A DNA stretch of 58,732 bases, filler included, from Porpidia crustulata (Eukaryota), in assembly GCA_964255105.1 (NCBI GenBank). It is 6 parts of 6 records of this genome, joined end to end, with 100 filler letters (N's around TTAATTAATTAA, not from the genome) between each part and the next. Parts side by side here need not be neighbours in the genome. Positions count along the whole stretch, not along the records: positions 19,636 to 29,341 come from CAXUWE010000900.1; positions 29,442 to 39,145 come from CAXUWE010000901.1; positions 39,246 to 48,939 come from CAXUWE010000902.1; 3 more parts are not named here. One strand, given 5' to 3'. Below the pieces are notes generated by a model that did no database searches, was not told where the DNA came from, and saw only the letters and a program-made list of their open reading frames with translations. This document shows positions 27,044 through 40,432 of this stretch, in pieces (positions within the stretch are counted from its first letter, which is position 1; every line of letters begins with the position of its first letter). The position numbers were made by a program, and so were the translations under genes.

Positions 27044-28595
27044 TCTCCAAGCGATGGTTCTTTTGATGACTGGAGATGGTACAAAAATGAGAGCAAGGAC
27101 CTAAATAAAGATGATGGTGCTTGAGTAACGTATAATGTTGCTCTCAAGAGGATGAGGTCTAGTATTGAGGTGTATATTGAGGTACACCGCGCTTCTGACT
27201 TGATAAAGCTGGCTGTTGTTTTAAGTTGAGCGCGATGATGATGGATGAGATCCAGTGCCCAATACATATATACATACCGGAACATACTTGATGATGGTAT
27301 GCAACACGAAGCCATTGTGTTTAATTTCAAACTCCGTGGAAACAGGAAGTCATAACCAAACATGTTTGCCAAAGATGTTGACAAGGCGATTGACAGTGCT
27401 GTGTAGGCCAACATGTTGGACATCAATTCAGCCTGACATGTTTTGATGGAAGGTGTTTTGTTGTTTCGGTGTTGGAGATGATGGGACTCACATGGTGAAT
27501 TGGGGATATCGCCATTGAAGTCACAATCACCACTCTTCACAGTTAAGAGACTACCATAAGCTTTATCTATAGCCGGTACGACATATAGTTCAGACGCTAT
27601 ATGGCCTGATCTGCTGCCAACGGTCTATCGTTTTTGACCACTTGGTGGACTCGATTCTCGAGCAACGATGTCAATGATTTCGCTTCCAACACCAGACTTC
27701 TCGGTCTCTCATTCATCGTCATTCGACACGACGTTCTCGGTTTTCTCATTTGATAATGAGGGATGCCATCAAATTTACATTAGGCTAATTCGAGCATTGC
27801 ATTCCATGGGATATCCTCGATAGACTGCAACCTTTTTCCAGTGACATTCCTATAGCTAATCTGGATACTAACAATCTCCCTCATCCGACCTGGCGAGTCC
27901 ATTCATTGGATGTCGATGCAGATAATTGACCTGAGTCTACACTTTCAGAATGTATATGGAATCATAACAAATATACGGACCTCCGGAGGTTCTCTCAAGA
28001 AGAGCTGCCCTACTCTCTATCTACGATGTCTAGATACTCGTATTAGGCTTACTGCCAACCTGCTAGTCTACGAGGTCAGAGCCATTCAAAAAGTAAACCT
28101 TGCTCAGAGGCTTAATACGTCTCAAATTCTGCCTTTCTCGCAAGACAACACGAGGGTCTAATTGTGATCTCCACCACAGCTCGTCCATACAAGAGCTTTC
28201 AACACACAGAGAACCTAATTGGAGAGCATTAAGAGCTACCTTTCGGTCAAGAAGATCGACATGCTGCAGATGACTGTGGACCGGACTGTGTCTTCGTAAA
28301 GGCTGTAAATGCCTTTCCCACTCAAGAGACTTTCTATATTAGCTGTTTCTTCTGATCCTTGATTTTTAGTTCATCACCTAAAAGTGATTTCTAATCCTCG
28401 GGTATTGTCGGGTACATCCGACTTTCCGAATCATTGATCCAAGTTTCGATACAAAAGACATGAAAAAGCTGAGCAATGAAACTTACGCAATACAACTTAC
28501 GCCTTTAGTATCCTAAATACAACATTTGTTGAATGTAAATATTCCTATCTTGTGTTCAAATTATTTCGTCAATCTCCTTGGAAGCACATTTCACA

Positions 28596-29341
28596 ATGGT
28601 AATCCGTCTCGGTATCATCGGTCTCTCTGTAGATCCACAGGCATGGGCAACAGCAGCTCACGCCACCGCTCTCATATCCCCGGCGCTGTCTTCTCACTAC
28701 AAAATTGTCGCTTTAGCTACTTCATCCCCCGACTCCGCCAAAAAAGCCGCCCAAGCCCACGGTATAGCCGAAGCCAAGGCGTTCAGCACCCCAGAAGCAC
28801 TTGCCAACGATCCTGATGTCGATATGGTCGTGGTTTCCGTCAAGGCATAGATTCCTGATTCTTGAACAAAGTTTACAGGGCTTAATTGATCGGAGGCGCT
28901 AGGTAGCCAAGCACAAGGAACTCGTGCTCCCAGCCCTCGAAGCCGGAAAGAATGTTTTTGTCGAGTGGCCACTAGGTCAAAACCTTGCGGAAGCCGAGGA
29001 GATGGCCGCGTTGGCGAAGAGTGCGAACGTGACGACGGCGGTTGGATTGCAAGCGAGACAGGCGCCTAGTATTCGAAAGGTTAACAGTCAATCTGCCAGT
29101 GAATGCTGGTCGATAGATGGTAGTGACGATTCTGATATAGGCAAAAGAGATTATTGACTCGGGCGCTCTGGGCCGTATCATCTCGACCAGTCTTATTGGC
29201 TATGATAGTTCTTTCAACACTTTACCGGATAAGGTTGCATATTTGAATGATCCTGGCAGTAGTGAGTATGATAGCTATACGTCTTTATATTCCAATCATA
29301 CAGTTCTTCATACAGGACTTCCCTATGTATCAACTAAACAC
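28596..29341 (+). CDS. Gfo/Idh/MocA-family NAD(P)-binding oxidoreductase (Gal80-like), 3' truncated
   Basis: MVIRLGIIGLS...LANDPDVDMVVVSVK/VAKHKELVLPALEAGKNVFVEWPLG...VGLQARQAP...IIDSGALGRIIS. Introns 28845-28902 and 29080-29140, third donor at 29262. Confidence 0.88.
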
Positions 29342-29441
29342 NNNNNNNNNNNNNNNNNNNNNNNNNNNNNNNNNNNNNNNNNNNNTTAATTAATTAANNN
29401 NNNNNNNNNNNNNNNNNNNNNNNNNNNNNNNNNNNNNNNNN
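29342..29441. other. Artificial contig spacer
   Basis: N44-TTAATTAATTAA-N44. Confidence 0.99.
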
Positions 29442-29941
29442 CCACTACTCAACTACCAACATCCGCAACGACTACCTCCACGACCACAAAATCCGAACCC
29501 AAGGAACCGAAACTCCCCCTCACAAACGGCTCCTCAAACGCCTACAACCCCCCTCTGCCCTCCTCCCAACCCGACACCAAAAAACCGCAACAGCGCTACA
29601 CCGTCCCCCCAATCTCCGGCACCGTCCCGCTCCGGCTCACAAACGAAAACGCCACCGACCTACACCTGCTCACGCGCGAGGAGCAGGAGCTGTGCAGCGC
29701 GCTGCGGATCATGCCGAAACCGTATCTGGTCATGAAGGAGGGCTTGATCAGAGAGGCGATGAAGACCGGAGGGGGGCTGAAGAGGAAGTTGGCCAAGGAG
29801 GTTTGTAAGGTATGATTTCCCCTTGGATTATAGGAAGGGAAGGGAGGGTAGTTAAGGGCTGACCTGTGGCAGATTGATCCGGGGAAGAGTGCAAGGATCT
29901 TTGATTTTTTCGTGCATGCGGGTTGGATACAGAAGGTGTAG
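29442..29941 (+). CDS. ADA2: Transcriptional adaptor Ada2, C-terminal SWIRM domain (5' truncated)
   Basis: Manual translation DLHLLTREEQELCSALRIMPKPYLVMKEGLIREAMKTGGGLKRKLAKEVCK / IDPGKSARIFDFFVHAGWIQKV*. Intron 29810-29872. Confidence 0.88.
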
Positions 29942-30351
29942 CGGGGTGGGGTGTGACGAACTGTACGATTTAAAAGAATCCGGGATGGGTATGTTTCATG
30001 CGCTCACGAAAAAGGGGGGGTCCCGTGGCTGGTTCACGGTATTGGACCAACGTTCCCTATGTGGTAGTTGAATGTGCATATACGCTTTCCTTCCCCGAAG
30101 GTTAAACCTGTAGAATATCCTACATATAGATCCCGTGATAAGAGTATTCCCTACAGGGGTATCAGAGAAAACGCAATGGTATTATTAATAGGTCCCCCTT
30201 TGGCTTTTGAGCCATTGTAACGCCTCGCTTCCCAAACTGTGCAATAACTATATACACCAAGAAACTCCCTTTTTCGGTTTCACGTCCCTGAAATCATAAT
30301 TTGGAATAATGCACGAAGGCGTGCGGCATCCATCAAACATCCCACGGATTC

Positions 30352-32847
30352 TCAATGCAACGTCATCCCCGGGAAAGTTTTCCTTTCCTCGAGATTGACC
30401 GCGTACTCGAGTATACCCTCTTCGGTCGCCACATACCTTACACGCCGTTAGCAAAAGGGCCGAGCCACGCTCATTTGAGATTGTCTCGCATACTCACAAA
30501 TTCCTACCATTTCTACCCCATCCGATTCCCATCGTAGTCACCCCGTCTCGACTCATGGCAAGCCTGCGCAGCATATCCAGCTCATGATCATCGTACACGC
30601 TCTCTCCAGCCACCGGCCGACTCACTGCTCTGTCATGCAAGTGCCTCAGTCTTTGCGTGTTCATGTGTATGACTCGATTAAGTTGGGCAGTTTGGTGTTG
30701 CTGCTGCTGACGTTGCGTTGCCAGTTGTTGCTGCTGCTGCTGCGTCCGTCGTTCTAGCGTCCTTACAGCAGCAGCCTCACGCTCGCGCCGGATCTGAGGA
30801 AGACGATTGGCGGCGTCGAGCATCGCCATATCGGGATCCATAGCTTCGGATATGGTTTGCCAAGGGTCAGAGCCAGCGGGTTGGGGGTTGGTTTGAGTCG
30901 AGGAAGCGATGCGAGAAGGAGATGCTGATAATGTAGGTGTTGCGGTTCCTATGGGTGCTAGATTAGAAGGGTGTGCCAATGAAGAATGATTGGTGGGGTT
31001 GCTGTTAGAAATAACAACGGAGCTGCGCCGTCGAGGTTGGTATGAACGGTCACCGTTGCGATTGCGTTCTAGATTTCGCTGGCGCATGTATTCGCGGATG
31101 CTGTCTGTACCTCGGATATCTGTACCGCGAAGGTTCTGTAAAAGAGATGAGGGATTACCGGAGGGAGGGAGTGATACTTGAGGATTGATCTGTCTGGTGG
31201 GTGTTGTGATACTTGACGATGGCGAATGATTGACGCCAAGTGGAGGATACTGCGAAGCCTCAGCGCGCTCTTGTAAAGTCTCACGCAGTCGGCTTGGTCG
31301 TATCGAGTCAAGCATTTGCCGTTCACTTTCTGTGAGCTCATTGGTAAGGTCATGATCTACTAGGAAACCAGCATCAAGTGCTTCCCGGTGTAAACGTCTG
31401 CGTTCTGCGGCCAGCTCCATGTAATCTGCTGCATGACTTACAGCCGCAAGATTATCATTTGCGTTCAGAGCATCTCTGTGCCGTTGGAGGAAGCTAGCCT
31501 CAACTTCGAGTGCGTCTTGCTCTGAGAGGCCACCGTCCATATCCGACATGATCACCCTATTTAGAGTGGGAGATTCTGTGTCCAACTCAATAGTCTGCCT
31601 TGACCGAAACGACCTGCGCAAGTCGACTACGCACACTCGACCATGATGTTCTGCCCAAGCCAAAAGATCCCATGGGGCCGGCGCAAAGCACATTGAGCGA
31701 ATTGCTCCTATTCGGTCCCTGAGAGATGGCCGGGATGACTGGAGAACCTCGATCACAGCATCGTCTGCGTCCATATCGTTCTGGATCAATGCGGTTTCAA
31801 AGATTGTGACGATCCCTGTTTGCGATGCCACAGCACAGACATGGCCAGAAGGAGAGAATGCGGTTGAGAAACAGGCGTCTTTCTCGGGGGTAAGACTTAA
31901 TCTTGGCTCCGCAAACTCGTGCCATTCGTACCTTGCAAAAGCCATTTCTCCATCAAAGACTAGGCTAGGAAGTCGGGTTCTTTTGCAAAAGAAAGCCCGG
32001 GGTTCATCGCCGACGGCAATCAACAACAGGCCGTCGGGAGAGATTGATGCATGATTCATCGGGGTGGTGAAGTCAAGTGTCTTGAGAATTCGAGATTGGG
32101 TTAACGAGAAGATCCGAACGGATTTATCATTGTTTCTGAACATGTCAAAAAGTAAGCTGTATGGTGGCAGTAGGTGGACTTACGTCGTCACCACAACAAT
32201 CTCATCCCCTAATCCCTTCTGATCGCTACGTAGGCAATGTATGCTCACAGAGTTGACAATTTGATTTCCCAGCTCATGGAACGTTGTCTCCAGTTTTCTA
32301 CGGTTAGTTGCAGAGGCTGGTTCTTGGCCCCGATGGAGAAAGCTGTGTGCGAGAACTCGTGATTCCGGATCGAGATCTAAGGGTAGCAGTGCGTCGACTT
32401 CAGCATCACGAAGCAAAGTTCTGGCGCTGCTTGAATCTGCGTCGTCGAGACGAATAAAGGCGCACCGGCCTTGATCTGCCCCCCCTACGCATATCCAGCC
32501 GTATGCAGCGTCCAGGCAACATGGTTTCCAAGGAAGTATTGCTATCAACTCCCTTTTCTGGGTCGACAGATGGAGAGCGTAGACCTCATGCTCAGAGGCG
32601 TAATACACAATATCTGGCTCTGTAGTGCTAATAAAATTCTTGAGCTGCTGATGCCTGTATCACTATTAATTACGAGCCAAAGCGTGGGTATCGAGCCTGT
32701 GGTGGCTTACTGCTCGGGAATCTTGGTGGGGTAGAAAGTTGGTTGAGAGCAACGGATTATTGATTTTGTCTCTTGAGAACTACCGGGTGACTTAGAAAAT
32801 TATCTATAGCATATAAGAACCACTTACATTGGCAGATTGATAGTCAT
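30352..32847 (-). CDS. DUF2415-containing WD40-like protein
   Basis: Spliced HQQLKNFIS...IVNSVSIH...NNDKSVRIFSL...MNHASISPDG...GAIRSMCFAPAPWDLLAWAEHHGRVCVVDLR. Last exon YVATEEGILEYAVNLEERKTFPGMTLH*. Four short introns. Confidence 0.82.
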
Positions 32848-33753
32848 GTTGCTGTGGTGGAAAGCCCAAGACTTTGAAGAGATGGCGGGTCTCTAGTCAT
32901 TGGGTGTGGATTGTCTAACCTAATTAATTCTCATCCTCACAGATCTTACGATGCGCGGAACAGATGAGAGAGCGGCCACCATGGAAATACTGAACACCAG
33001 GAGACCAGTAAATTGTAAAATCTCGATGTGGATAAAATAAATGGCGGCTATGTTGATGATAGGACTAAGGTAACTATGGAACGATACGAGGTCCTGGCTA
33101 TATATCGTTATAGAGAAGCCTAATAAGCAATCCTACGCCAACTATGACGCAGCAATACTCATGGCATTTCGAATGCTTGTGAGGGCGCATCTATGGAAGG
33201 AAAGAGCATTTCACAACAATTTTTCTGTCTCACGGTGGCTACGGATCGATGTTGATAAGGTACCATTGAAGTTGGTTGATGGCTTCCCAGCCTAGCCCTG
33301 AGCAAAGAGGTTCTTCATAGCATTCTGGGAATACTATTTGTAACTAAATATGAATGACCAGGCACACTGATCTGGTTTTTAATATTTACTCGAACAAATT
33401 AGATCTGAGGAAACTGAGGTTGTCACGCTGTGAGGCTCTGAAGGGAAAAGAACGATGGATTTCTCTGTCATGGACTGGTGGACTTCCATTCTGCTTACGT
33501 CACCTGCCGGCCTAGAAAATAGCGCTAGCTACAGATGGGGCCAAGCGTGGACGAGGCGACGGGCGACTATTTTTCCACGCATTTCTAGATTCATACGCTA
33601 GTTAAGAAATCCGATTGGGATTTTCGACTTCAATCTCATCACCAGTACATTTTTGTCTTCCCCCCCATCTTTACACTGTACCTCTCGCCACATACCCAAC
33701 CATAGATTGAAAGTTTATTTCCCCTCTCGGTTTATCCGTCGTATCATCTCATC

Positions 33754-35971
33754 ATGCTCTCCTCGAGGCTAGTAAGATCTGTAAGGAGCTCGTTTACATC
33801 ATAAATCTATTCCATACTGATGATATACTTCTCAGCTACCTCGCGCAACCTCCTCGTTCTCACGGTCCTCCCCTATCCGTGCGCCTTTGACATCGTCGTT
33901 CGCTAGATTTCAATCAAATGGCGGCGAAGAAAAAGTCAAAGGTCAAGTCATCGGTATTGATCTTGGTAAGTCTTTGCCCGCAGGGAATGTTTGCGACTGG
34001 TAACTAACCTTTGCTGCTCGCTAGGTACCACCAACTCAGCGGTTGCTGTAATGGAAGGCAAGACGCCCAAAATAATAGAAAACTCGGAAGGTCGGTGCTC
34101 CACGATAATCCTGATAAATATAAGCTACTAACACAACAGCCATAGGTGCTAGGACAACACCTTCGGTAGTCGCGTTTGCGCAAGACGGTGAGAGATTGGT
34201 AGGCATCTCAGCGAAACGACAGGCAGTCGTGAATCCCGAAAACACTCTCTTCGCCACCAAGCGTCTTATTGGCCGCAAGTATACCGATGCAGAAGTGCAA
34301 CGAGATATCAAAGAAGTACCATACAAAATCGTGCAACATACCAATGGCGATGCGTGGGTAGAGGCCAGAGGCCAAAAGTACTCACCATCGCAAATCGGTG
34401 GATTTGTTCTCCAGAAAATGAAGGAAACCGCCGAGTCCTATCTGAACAAGGGTATAAAGAACGGTGTCGTAACCGTTCCTGCCTATTTCAACGATTCTCA
34501 GCGCCAGGCAACGAAAGATGCAGGACAGATTGCGGGTCTCAATGTGCTACGTGTGGTTAATGAGCCCACTGCGGCTGCTTTAGCTTATGGGTTAGACAAG
34601 GCGGAAGATCGCGTGATAGCAGTGTACGACTTGGGAGGTGGTACATTCGATATCTCGATTCTGGAGATCCAGAAAGGAGTCTTTGAAGTCAAATCGACTA
34701 ATGGGGATACCCACTTGGGTGGCGAAGATTTTGATATCAATCTCGTCCGTCATCTGGTGGCACAATTTAAGAAGGAATCCGGGATCGATTTGTCCAAGGA
34801 CCGCATGGCCATCCAGCGTATTCGCGAGGCCGCCGAAAAAGCCAAGATCGAGCTTTCCTCCACTCTACAAACGGATATCAACCTTCCCTACATTACCGCC
34901 GATGCCTCCGGCCCGAAGCACATAAACTCGAAGATGTCACGTTCACAGCTCGAAGGTCTCGTAGACCCTCTGATTGGCAGGACTATCGACCCCGTTAGAA
35001 AGGCATTGAAGGATGCTAATTTGCAAGCGAAGGACATTCAAGAAGTCATTCTCGTTGGTGGAATGACGCGTATGCCTAAGGTCACTGAGTCCGTCAAGAG
35101 CATCTTCGGCCGGGACCCGGCGAAGGCCGTTAACCCTGATGAGGCTGTTGCCATTGGTGCGGCCATTCAAGGTGCCGTTCTTGCTGGTGAGGTTATGGAT
35201 GTTCTACTGTTGGACGTCACACCTCTATCACTTGGCATAGAAACTCTTGGTGGTGTTTTCACTCGTCTAATCAACCGCAATACGACTATACCTACGAAGA
35301 AATCGCAAATATTCTCGACTGCAGCTGACTTCCAAACCGCCGTGGAAATCAAAGTCTACCAAGGAGAGCGTGAGCTAGTCCGCGACAATAAGCTATTAGG
35401 AAATTTCCAGCTAGTCGGCATTCCGCCTGCACACCGCGGCGTCCCTCAAGTTGAGGTGACGTTCGATATTGACGCAGACTCGATTGTTCACGTTCACGCT
35501 AAAGACAAGTCAACCAACAAAGATCAATCCATCACTATCGCCTCTGGATCTGGTCTCTCCGACTCTGAAATTCAGGGCATGGTTGATGACGCTGAGAAGT
35601 ATGGAGAGCAAGATAAGGAGCGAAAATCGGCCATTGAGGCTGCCAACCGCGCCGATAGCGTGTTGAACGATACCGAGAAGGCTCTTAAGGAGTTCGCCGA
35701 CAAACTTGATAAGACTGAAGCCGACCAAATCAAAGAGAAGATCGCTACTCTACGCGAATTCGTCGCGAAGAATCAAACTGGCGAGGGGACAGCCACTGCT
35801 GCTGAGCTTAAGGAGAAGACCGATGAATTACAAATGTCAAGTTTGAATCTCTTCGACAAGATGCACAAGGCAAAGTCCGAGGACCAGTCGACACCACCAC
35901 CAGGGAATGCGGGAGAGACACCTAATGAGGGGCAGGAGAGTGGCACGAACGAGGGAGAGAAAAAGCCTTAA
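33754..35971 (+). CDS. SSC1: Mitochondrial Hsp70
   Basis: Arg/Ser-rich presequence MLSSRLVRS..., [39 protein letters not shown], no EEVD tail. Introns 33781-33835, 33966-34024, 34091-34145. Confidence 0.97.
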
Positions 35972-36453
35972 ACGGAGAGATCCTTAAAAAGCATATTTCC
36001 TTTACCCCAAGCGCTCAACTCAGGAAGCAGTGTACTCATATCCTCTCGACCGGCGTTTTCAGCTCCGTGATTCAACGGCTGCCATCTTCTTTCAATGTGT
36101 TCTTATGGATGGGTGCCGGGTCTTGTCACCATTAGCGAAACTCTTTCTTGTAATTACATAGATGGTAAATCAGACGAACCATACTCCTCTCATCTATTCC
36201 ATCAAATAGATAGTCGTAGCCAATAATCTCATATCCATCAGGTCTATTTTCCCTGGAGCGATAAGGTTCATAGTAGATCTTTGACTGATGTGATCTTTCG
36301 TTGTTCATCGTGGTTGCAGCAGGGATGCCCCTCACGTGCCTTCCGTACAACAGCTTCCACTCAAGACAACAACTTATAACATAATTAGCCTACAGAAACA
36401 TACGAAGCGTTGTATCTCACATTACAACCAGTCTATATTGCACAAGTTCCGCT

Positions 36454-37750
36454 ATGGATAAATTCCAGGCGTTTGGAAAAAATATCACGTAGATCCCGCA
36501 AATGAAGTTATCTAGCTGGTGGCATGTTGACTGACCACACGACCTCTTCAATAGGTCATCGATCTCACCATTCGCTACCAGAACGACGCAATGGGCAAAG
36601 GAGCTTACTGGCCAAGTTGAAGGCAAAGTATATGATCCCCCTACACAATACTGCATCTTGACTAGATCTTACTGACAGGTTTCCTAGACCGAGCTTCCCC
36701 CAGACTACGTTGAATTAGAAAAGCGTGTTGATGCCTTGAAGCAAGTCCATCAGAAGCTGATGCAAGTCACGTACGTTTGAAGATCGCGCCTCCCAGTCGT
36801 TCTAAATTTGCCAGGCCCTAACCAAAAATACCTCAAGTTCCCAATACTCAAATGAAGCTTATGACTACCCCCCCAATATCCGTGAATCGTTCAACGACCT
36901 GGGACGCACAATCTCCGACAAAGTCCAGCTTCTCTCTCATGCTTCTTCCCCAACAGAAGTTCAAACTGCCTTCACCGCCCCGCCATCCGCCAAACCCCAA
37001 CCCAAGACTTTCAATCACGCAATCGCGCGCGCCTCTCTCGCCGGGTCCCAAGTTTTAAATCAGACACATACCGGTGCTGGTGAGGATCCACTCGCAACAG
37101 CCCTTGAGAAGTATGCTCTTTCCTCCGAGCAGGTGGGCGAAGCGCGCTTGGCGCAAGATAAGCAGATTCAGACCAGATTTTTAGCAGGGTGGAGCACAAC
37201 TCTAAACACCAACTTGATGTTTGCGACAAGAGCCAGAAAGAGTGTGGAGAATTCGAGGTTAAGCCTCGATGCTGCCAAAGCCAAGGGAAAGACTGGCGTT
37301 GGCAGAAGCATGAATCCCGATGACGAGATGGCTACGATGAGCGAGGAAGCCAGACAGGAAGTCGAGCAAAAGGAAGATGAATTTGTCAACCAGACAGAAG
37401 AAGCAGTTGGAGTGATGAAAAATGTATGCATCACGCGGGCAAATTGGTTTCATGGCAAGAAATAGGAAGAAGTTGGGCTAATAATGCCGCAGGTCCTTGA
37501 TACCCCAGAGCCGCTACGAAACCTAGCTGACCTGATTGCTGCCCAACTCGAATTCCACAAAAAAGCCTATGAGATATTGAGTGAACTAGCACCAGTCGTT
37601 GATGGTCTACAGGTCGAGCAGGAGGTGCGTCGTCATGAACTCTTTAACGCTTGAATTTTGCAATTCAAACGAATCACAGAGGCATCACGGATGTCTACTG
37701 ACTTATCATCAACTCAGGCATCCTACAGAAAGAACCGTGAAGGAGCATGA
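36454..37750 (+). CDS. GVP36: BAR-domain protein, Gvp36-like
   Basis: MDKFQAFGKNI...TELPPDYVELEKRVDALKQVHQKLMQVTSQYSNEAYDYPPNIRESF...EDEFVNQTEEAVGVMKNVLDTPEPL. Introns 36489-36554, 36628-36687, 36771-36837, 37424-37492, 37625-37717. Confidence 0.88.
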
Positions 37751-38235
37751 AGGATGGGGATCCGACCCAATTCTTTTTCTCATGATGTAGGAATGAAATA
37801 TTTAGGTCTACGGAGCAGTGTTGGCTCTATGTCAAGTTAGATTATCCATTGCTATCAATGCTCGAGAGATCACATGAACCAGTGAAGGGCTCCCTGTGGA
37901 GAAATATGTCTAGTACAAGCAAGTCTCTGGATGGTACGTCTTTAATCGCATGGCGTGATTGCAGAATACGGCCCGGTGTTTCATAGCTTCTATAGTATCA
38001 CGAATCCCAATCTCGACAACAATCCACCTCTTTCCATCAATAAAATGATAGAGTATCCGCTTGAAGCATATTAGGCATTTTCTCGACATTCATCAAGGCA
38101 GGGGCCCGATCGATTCAGGCGCTATGCCGTAAGCGTCAATCTATCCCAAGCGCGGCTTTAAGCGCAAGTAGTCTCATAAAGAAGCACAATCTCCGTGTTT
38201 CCTCATAAATTCCCCATCATGTAGATGGTACTAGC

Positions 38236-39145
38236 ATGCCCATCTGCATCGAATGCCGCTATCCCGTCCCCCAGCTCTACCACGTCCTCCATAGCAGCAA
38301 CAAGCGGGGTGCCTCTGCCAACCCTTCCACCAAACCTGCCGGGACTGGCGCATCGAGCGGCTCTACAGATGGACTGAGAAAGAAGGCTGTCGTAGGGGCT
38401 GCGGGGGGAGATGTACGGTTGACGCAATGCCCGCGATGTAAACGGTTCGCGGATAAATACGTGGAGCATGATTTTGTGGTTCTGTTTATCGATCTGGTGC
38501 TTGTGAAGCCGCAGGTAGGCCTTGATAAAATCCTGGAACATTTGCGACAGTCGAGCAGTTTTTATTTTTCTGAGAGCGCTTGCAACTCTACTTCGAAGCT
38601 TACTGTAGCTAACGCATAAACCCAGGTGTACCGCCATCTCCTCTTCAACCGTCTGGGTCGCTCGGACGATGAACTCGATGTACGGCTATCCTGACTCCCC
38701 GCCCAGCCATCTCTTCCACTTCACCAGCTGATACTTGACATTCATCTCAGCCCTCTATTACCCGCCTCGGCATCCTCCTCCTTCTCTTCGACGTCTACCT
38801 GACATGGTCGCACATCGAATCCTTACCCCCCGCCCTAACCATCAACGCAAACATCCCCCAACACCCAATCCTGCTCCAGTATGCCTTCTACCTCCTCCTC
38901 TGCTTCCTCGCAACCCTGGTACAGCACCTCACCATCCGCTGGCTTGCCCATGTCCTCCACCTCGGCGGAGCCACCGCCGCCACGACGTTAAACAGCCCTA
39001 CGAGCGCCGCAGGTAGCAGTACCCCGGCAGCAACAGCTGCGCCGAAAAGTATTTCGAACGGCAACGGCATCAGCACCGCTCTCTTCGTCAGCTCTTGCAT
39101 GAAATTATTCCCTATACTCATGGTCGTCTGGAAATACGACGATGC
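38236..39145 (+). CDS. ARV1: Sterol homeostasis protein Arv1 (3' truncated)
   Basis: MPICIECRYPV...RLTQCPRCKRFADKYVEHDFVVLFIDLVLVKPQVYRHLLFN. Introns 38515-38625 and 38680-38750. Confidence 0.93.
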
Positions 39146-39245
39146 NNNNNNNNNNNNNNNNNNNNNNNNNNNNNNNNNNNNNNNNNNNNTTAATTAATTA
39201 ANNNNNNNNNNNNNNNNNNNNNNNNNNNNNNNNNNNNNNNNNNNN
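39146..39245. other. Artificial contig spacer
   Basis: N44-TTAATTAATTAA-N44. Confidence 0.99.
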
Positions 39246-39637
39246 GATGAGGGATGGATTTTATTGTTTTGTGGTGTGGGTGGTCAGGGTGCGAGAGAGG
39301 GTTTTTGGAAAGGTCATGCAGCGTCTTTGGGTGGGTTGGGGAGGCTTGGTGGGATTAAAGATGGAAATCGATGCTCGGAATGAGATGAAGGTGGGGAACT
39401 TTTGGGGATTCGAGAGAGGAATGAGACATAAGAGAAGCTCTGGTGCGGGTGAAAGAGGGTTTGGAAGGCACGGTCCACATGGAGCACGTAAACCAAGTGT
39501 AGAAGGAGCCTTTCTCAAAAGACGAAAGTGTGAAAAGAAAATACAAAGATCGAGCGGAAAGAAAAAGTACTAAGCTGAATTCATTTGATTGAATGAAAAT
39601 ATCGAACCAACGCGCGGCAAGCAATAGGAGTGGGCAA

Positions 39638-39704
39638 GCAATGAAGCAGGCAATGAAGCAGCGACGAAACAAGCGATGAAGCAAATTTGAAGCAAGTTTG
39701 AAGC
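39638..39704. repeat. Degenerate 11-12 bp tandem repeat (GCAATGAAGCAG-like)
   Basis: gcaatgaagcag gcaatgaagca gcgacgaaacaa gcgatgaagcaa atttgaagcaa gtttgaagc. Confidence 0.7.
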
Positions 39705-40320
39705 TTATCTTGGAGGGCATCTGATGAGAAGTCATGGAGGATGTCCAGGAGGGTATTTGGAGTATATTTTGGTAGGAAGCCACGGAGCATGTTTTGCAAA
39801 GTGTTTGGTAGAAAGCCATGGAGCCTATTTTTGACCTAAATTCCTGCTCATGGACGCGTGTCTCCAGCACCATCCATCTGAGGTATGGTGTACCCCCAAA
39901 AGAGAGGCCCTATCCGTGGATGAAAGTCTCTAAATCTCAACTCAGTCTCAAACTAACCGTCAGTACAACACCACCACTTTTCTCCACTGCGGCAAATCAC
40001 TGAGATGAGCGCAGAATGATGGAGAAGGCTCTAAAGGTCTTTTTTGTAGGTGAGCCGACGCGGCTTTTAATACTCTGAGTCGAGAACAGGCATTCCTATA
40101 AGCATTTTCCGAGCAAAAGTTAAAAGTGAATGCAGCTGAATCGTAACAGTCTGTCATTATTGAATAATCATCCATCACATGCTTTGCTCAAATAGGGTCA
40201 GGACTTACGATACGGTAATTGATAATTCACGTGATCTAGCACGTCTTTTCAGTGCGCTTTGCTGCACAGCATTCATATAAACACATCACTCCTTCAGATC
40301 CACCATATTCCAGCAACTAC

Positions 40321-40419
40321 CTCTCAAATACCATCTGCCTCTCGAAGACCTTCTACCTCTCGAAGACTATCTATCTCTTGAAGACCATCTATCTCATCTA
40401 CTCCCTCAAGACCTTCTGC
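40321..40419. repeat. 18-bp tandem repeat, 4 copies plus one degenerate copy
   Basis: ctctcaaataccatctgc / ctctcgaagaccttctac / ctctcgaagactatctat / ctcttgaagaccatctat, then tccctcaagaccttctgc at 40402. Confidence 0.9.
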
Positions 40420-40432
40420 GCTGTTTATCAAG

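Noticed and set aside
33500..33620. Heat-shock element upstream of SSC1
   Set aside because: Only partial nTTCn/nGAAn units; no clean triple array.
40321..40419. CRISPR-like array
   Set aside because: Contiguous 18-bp units with no spacers, eukaryotic context, no cas genes.
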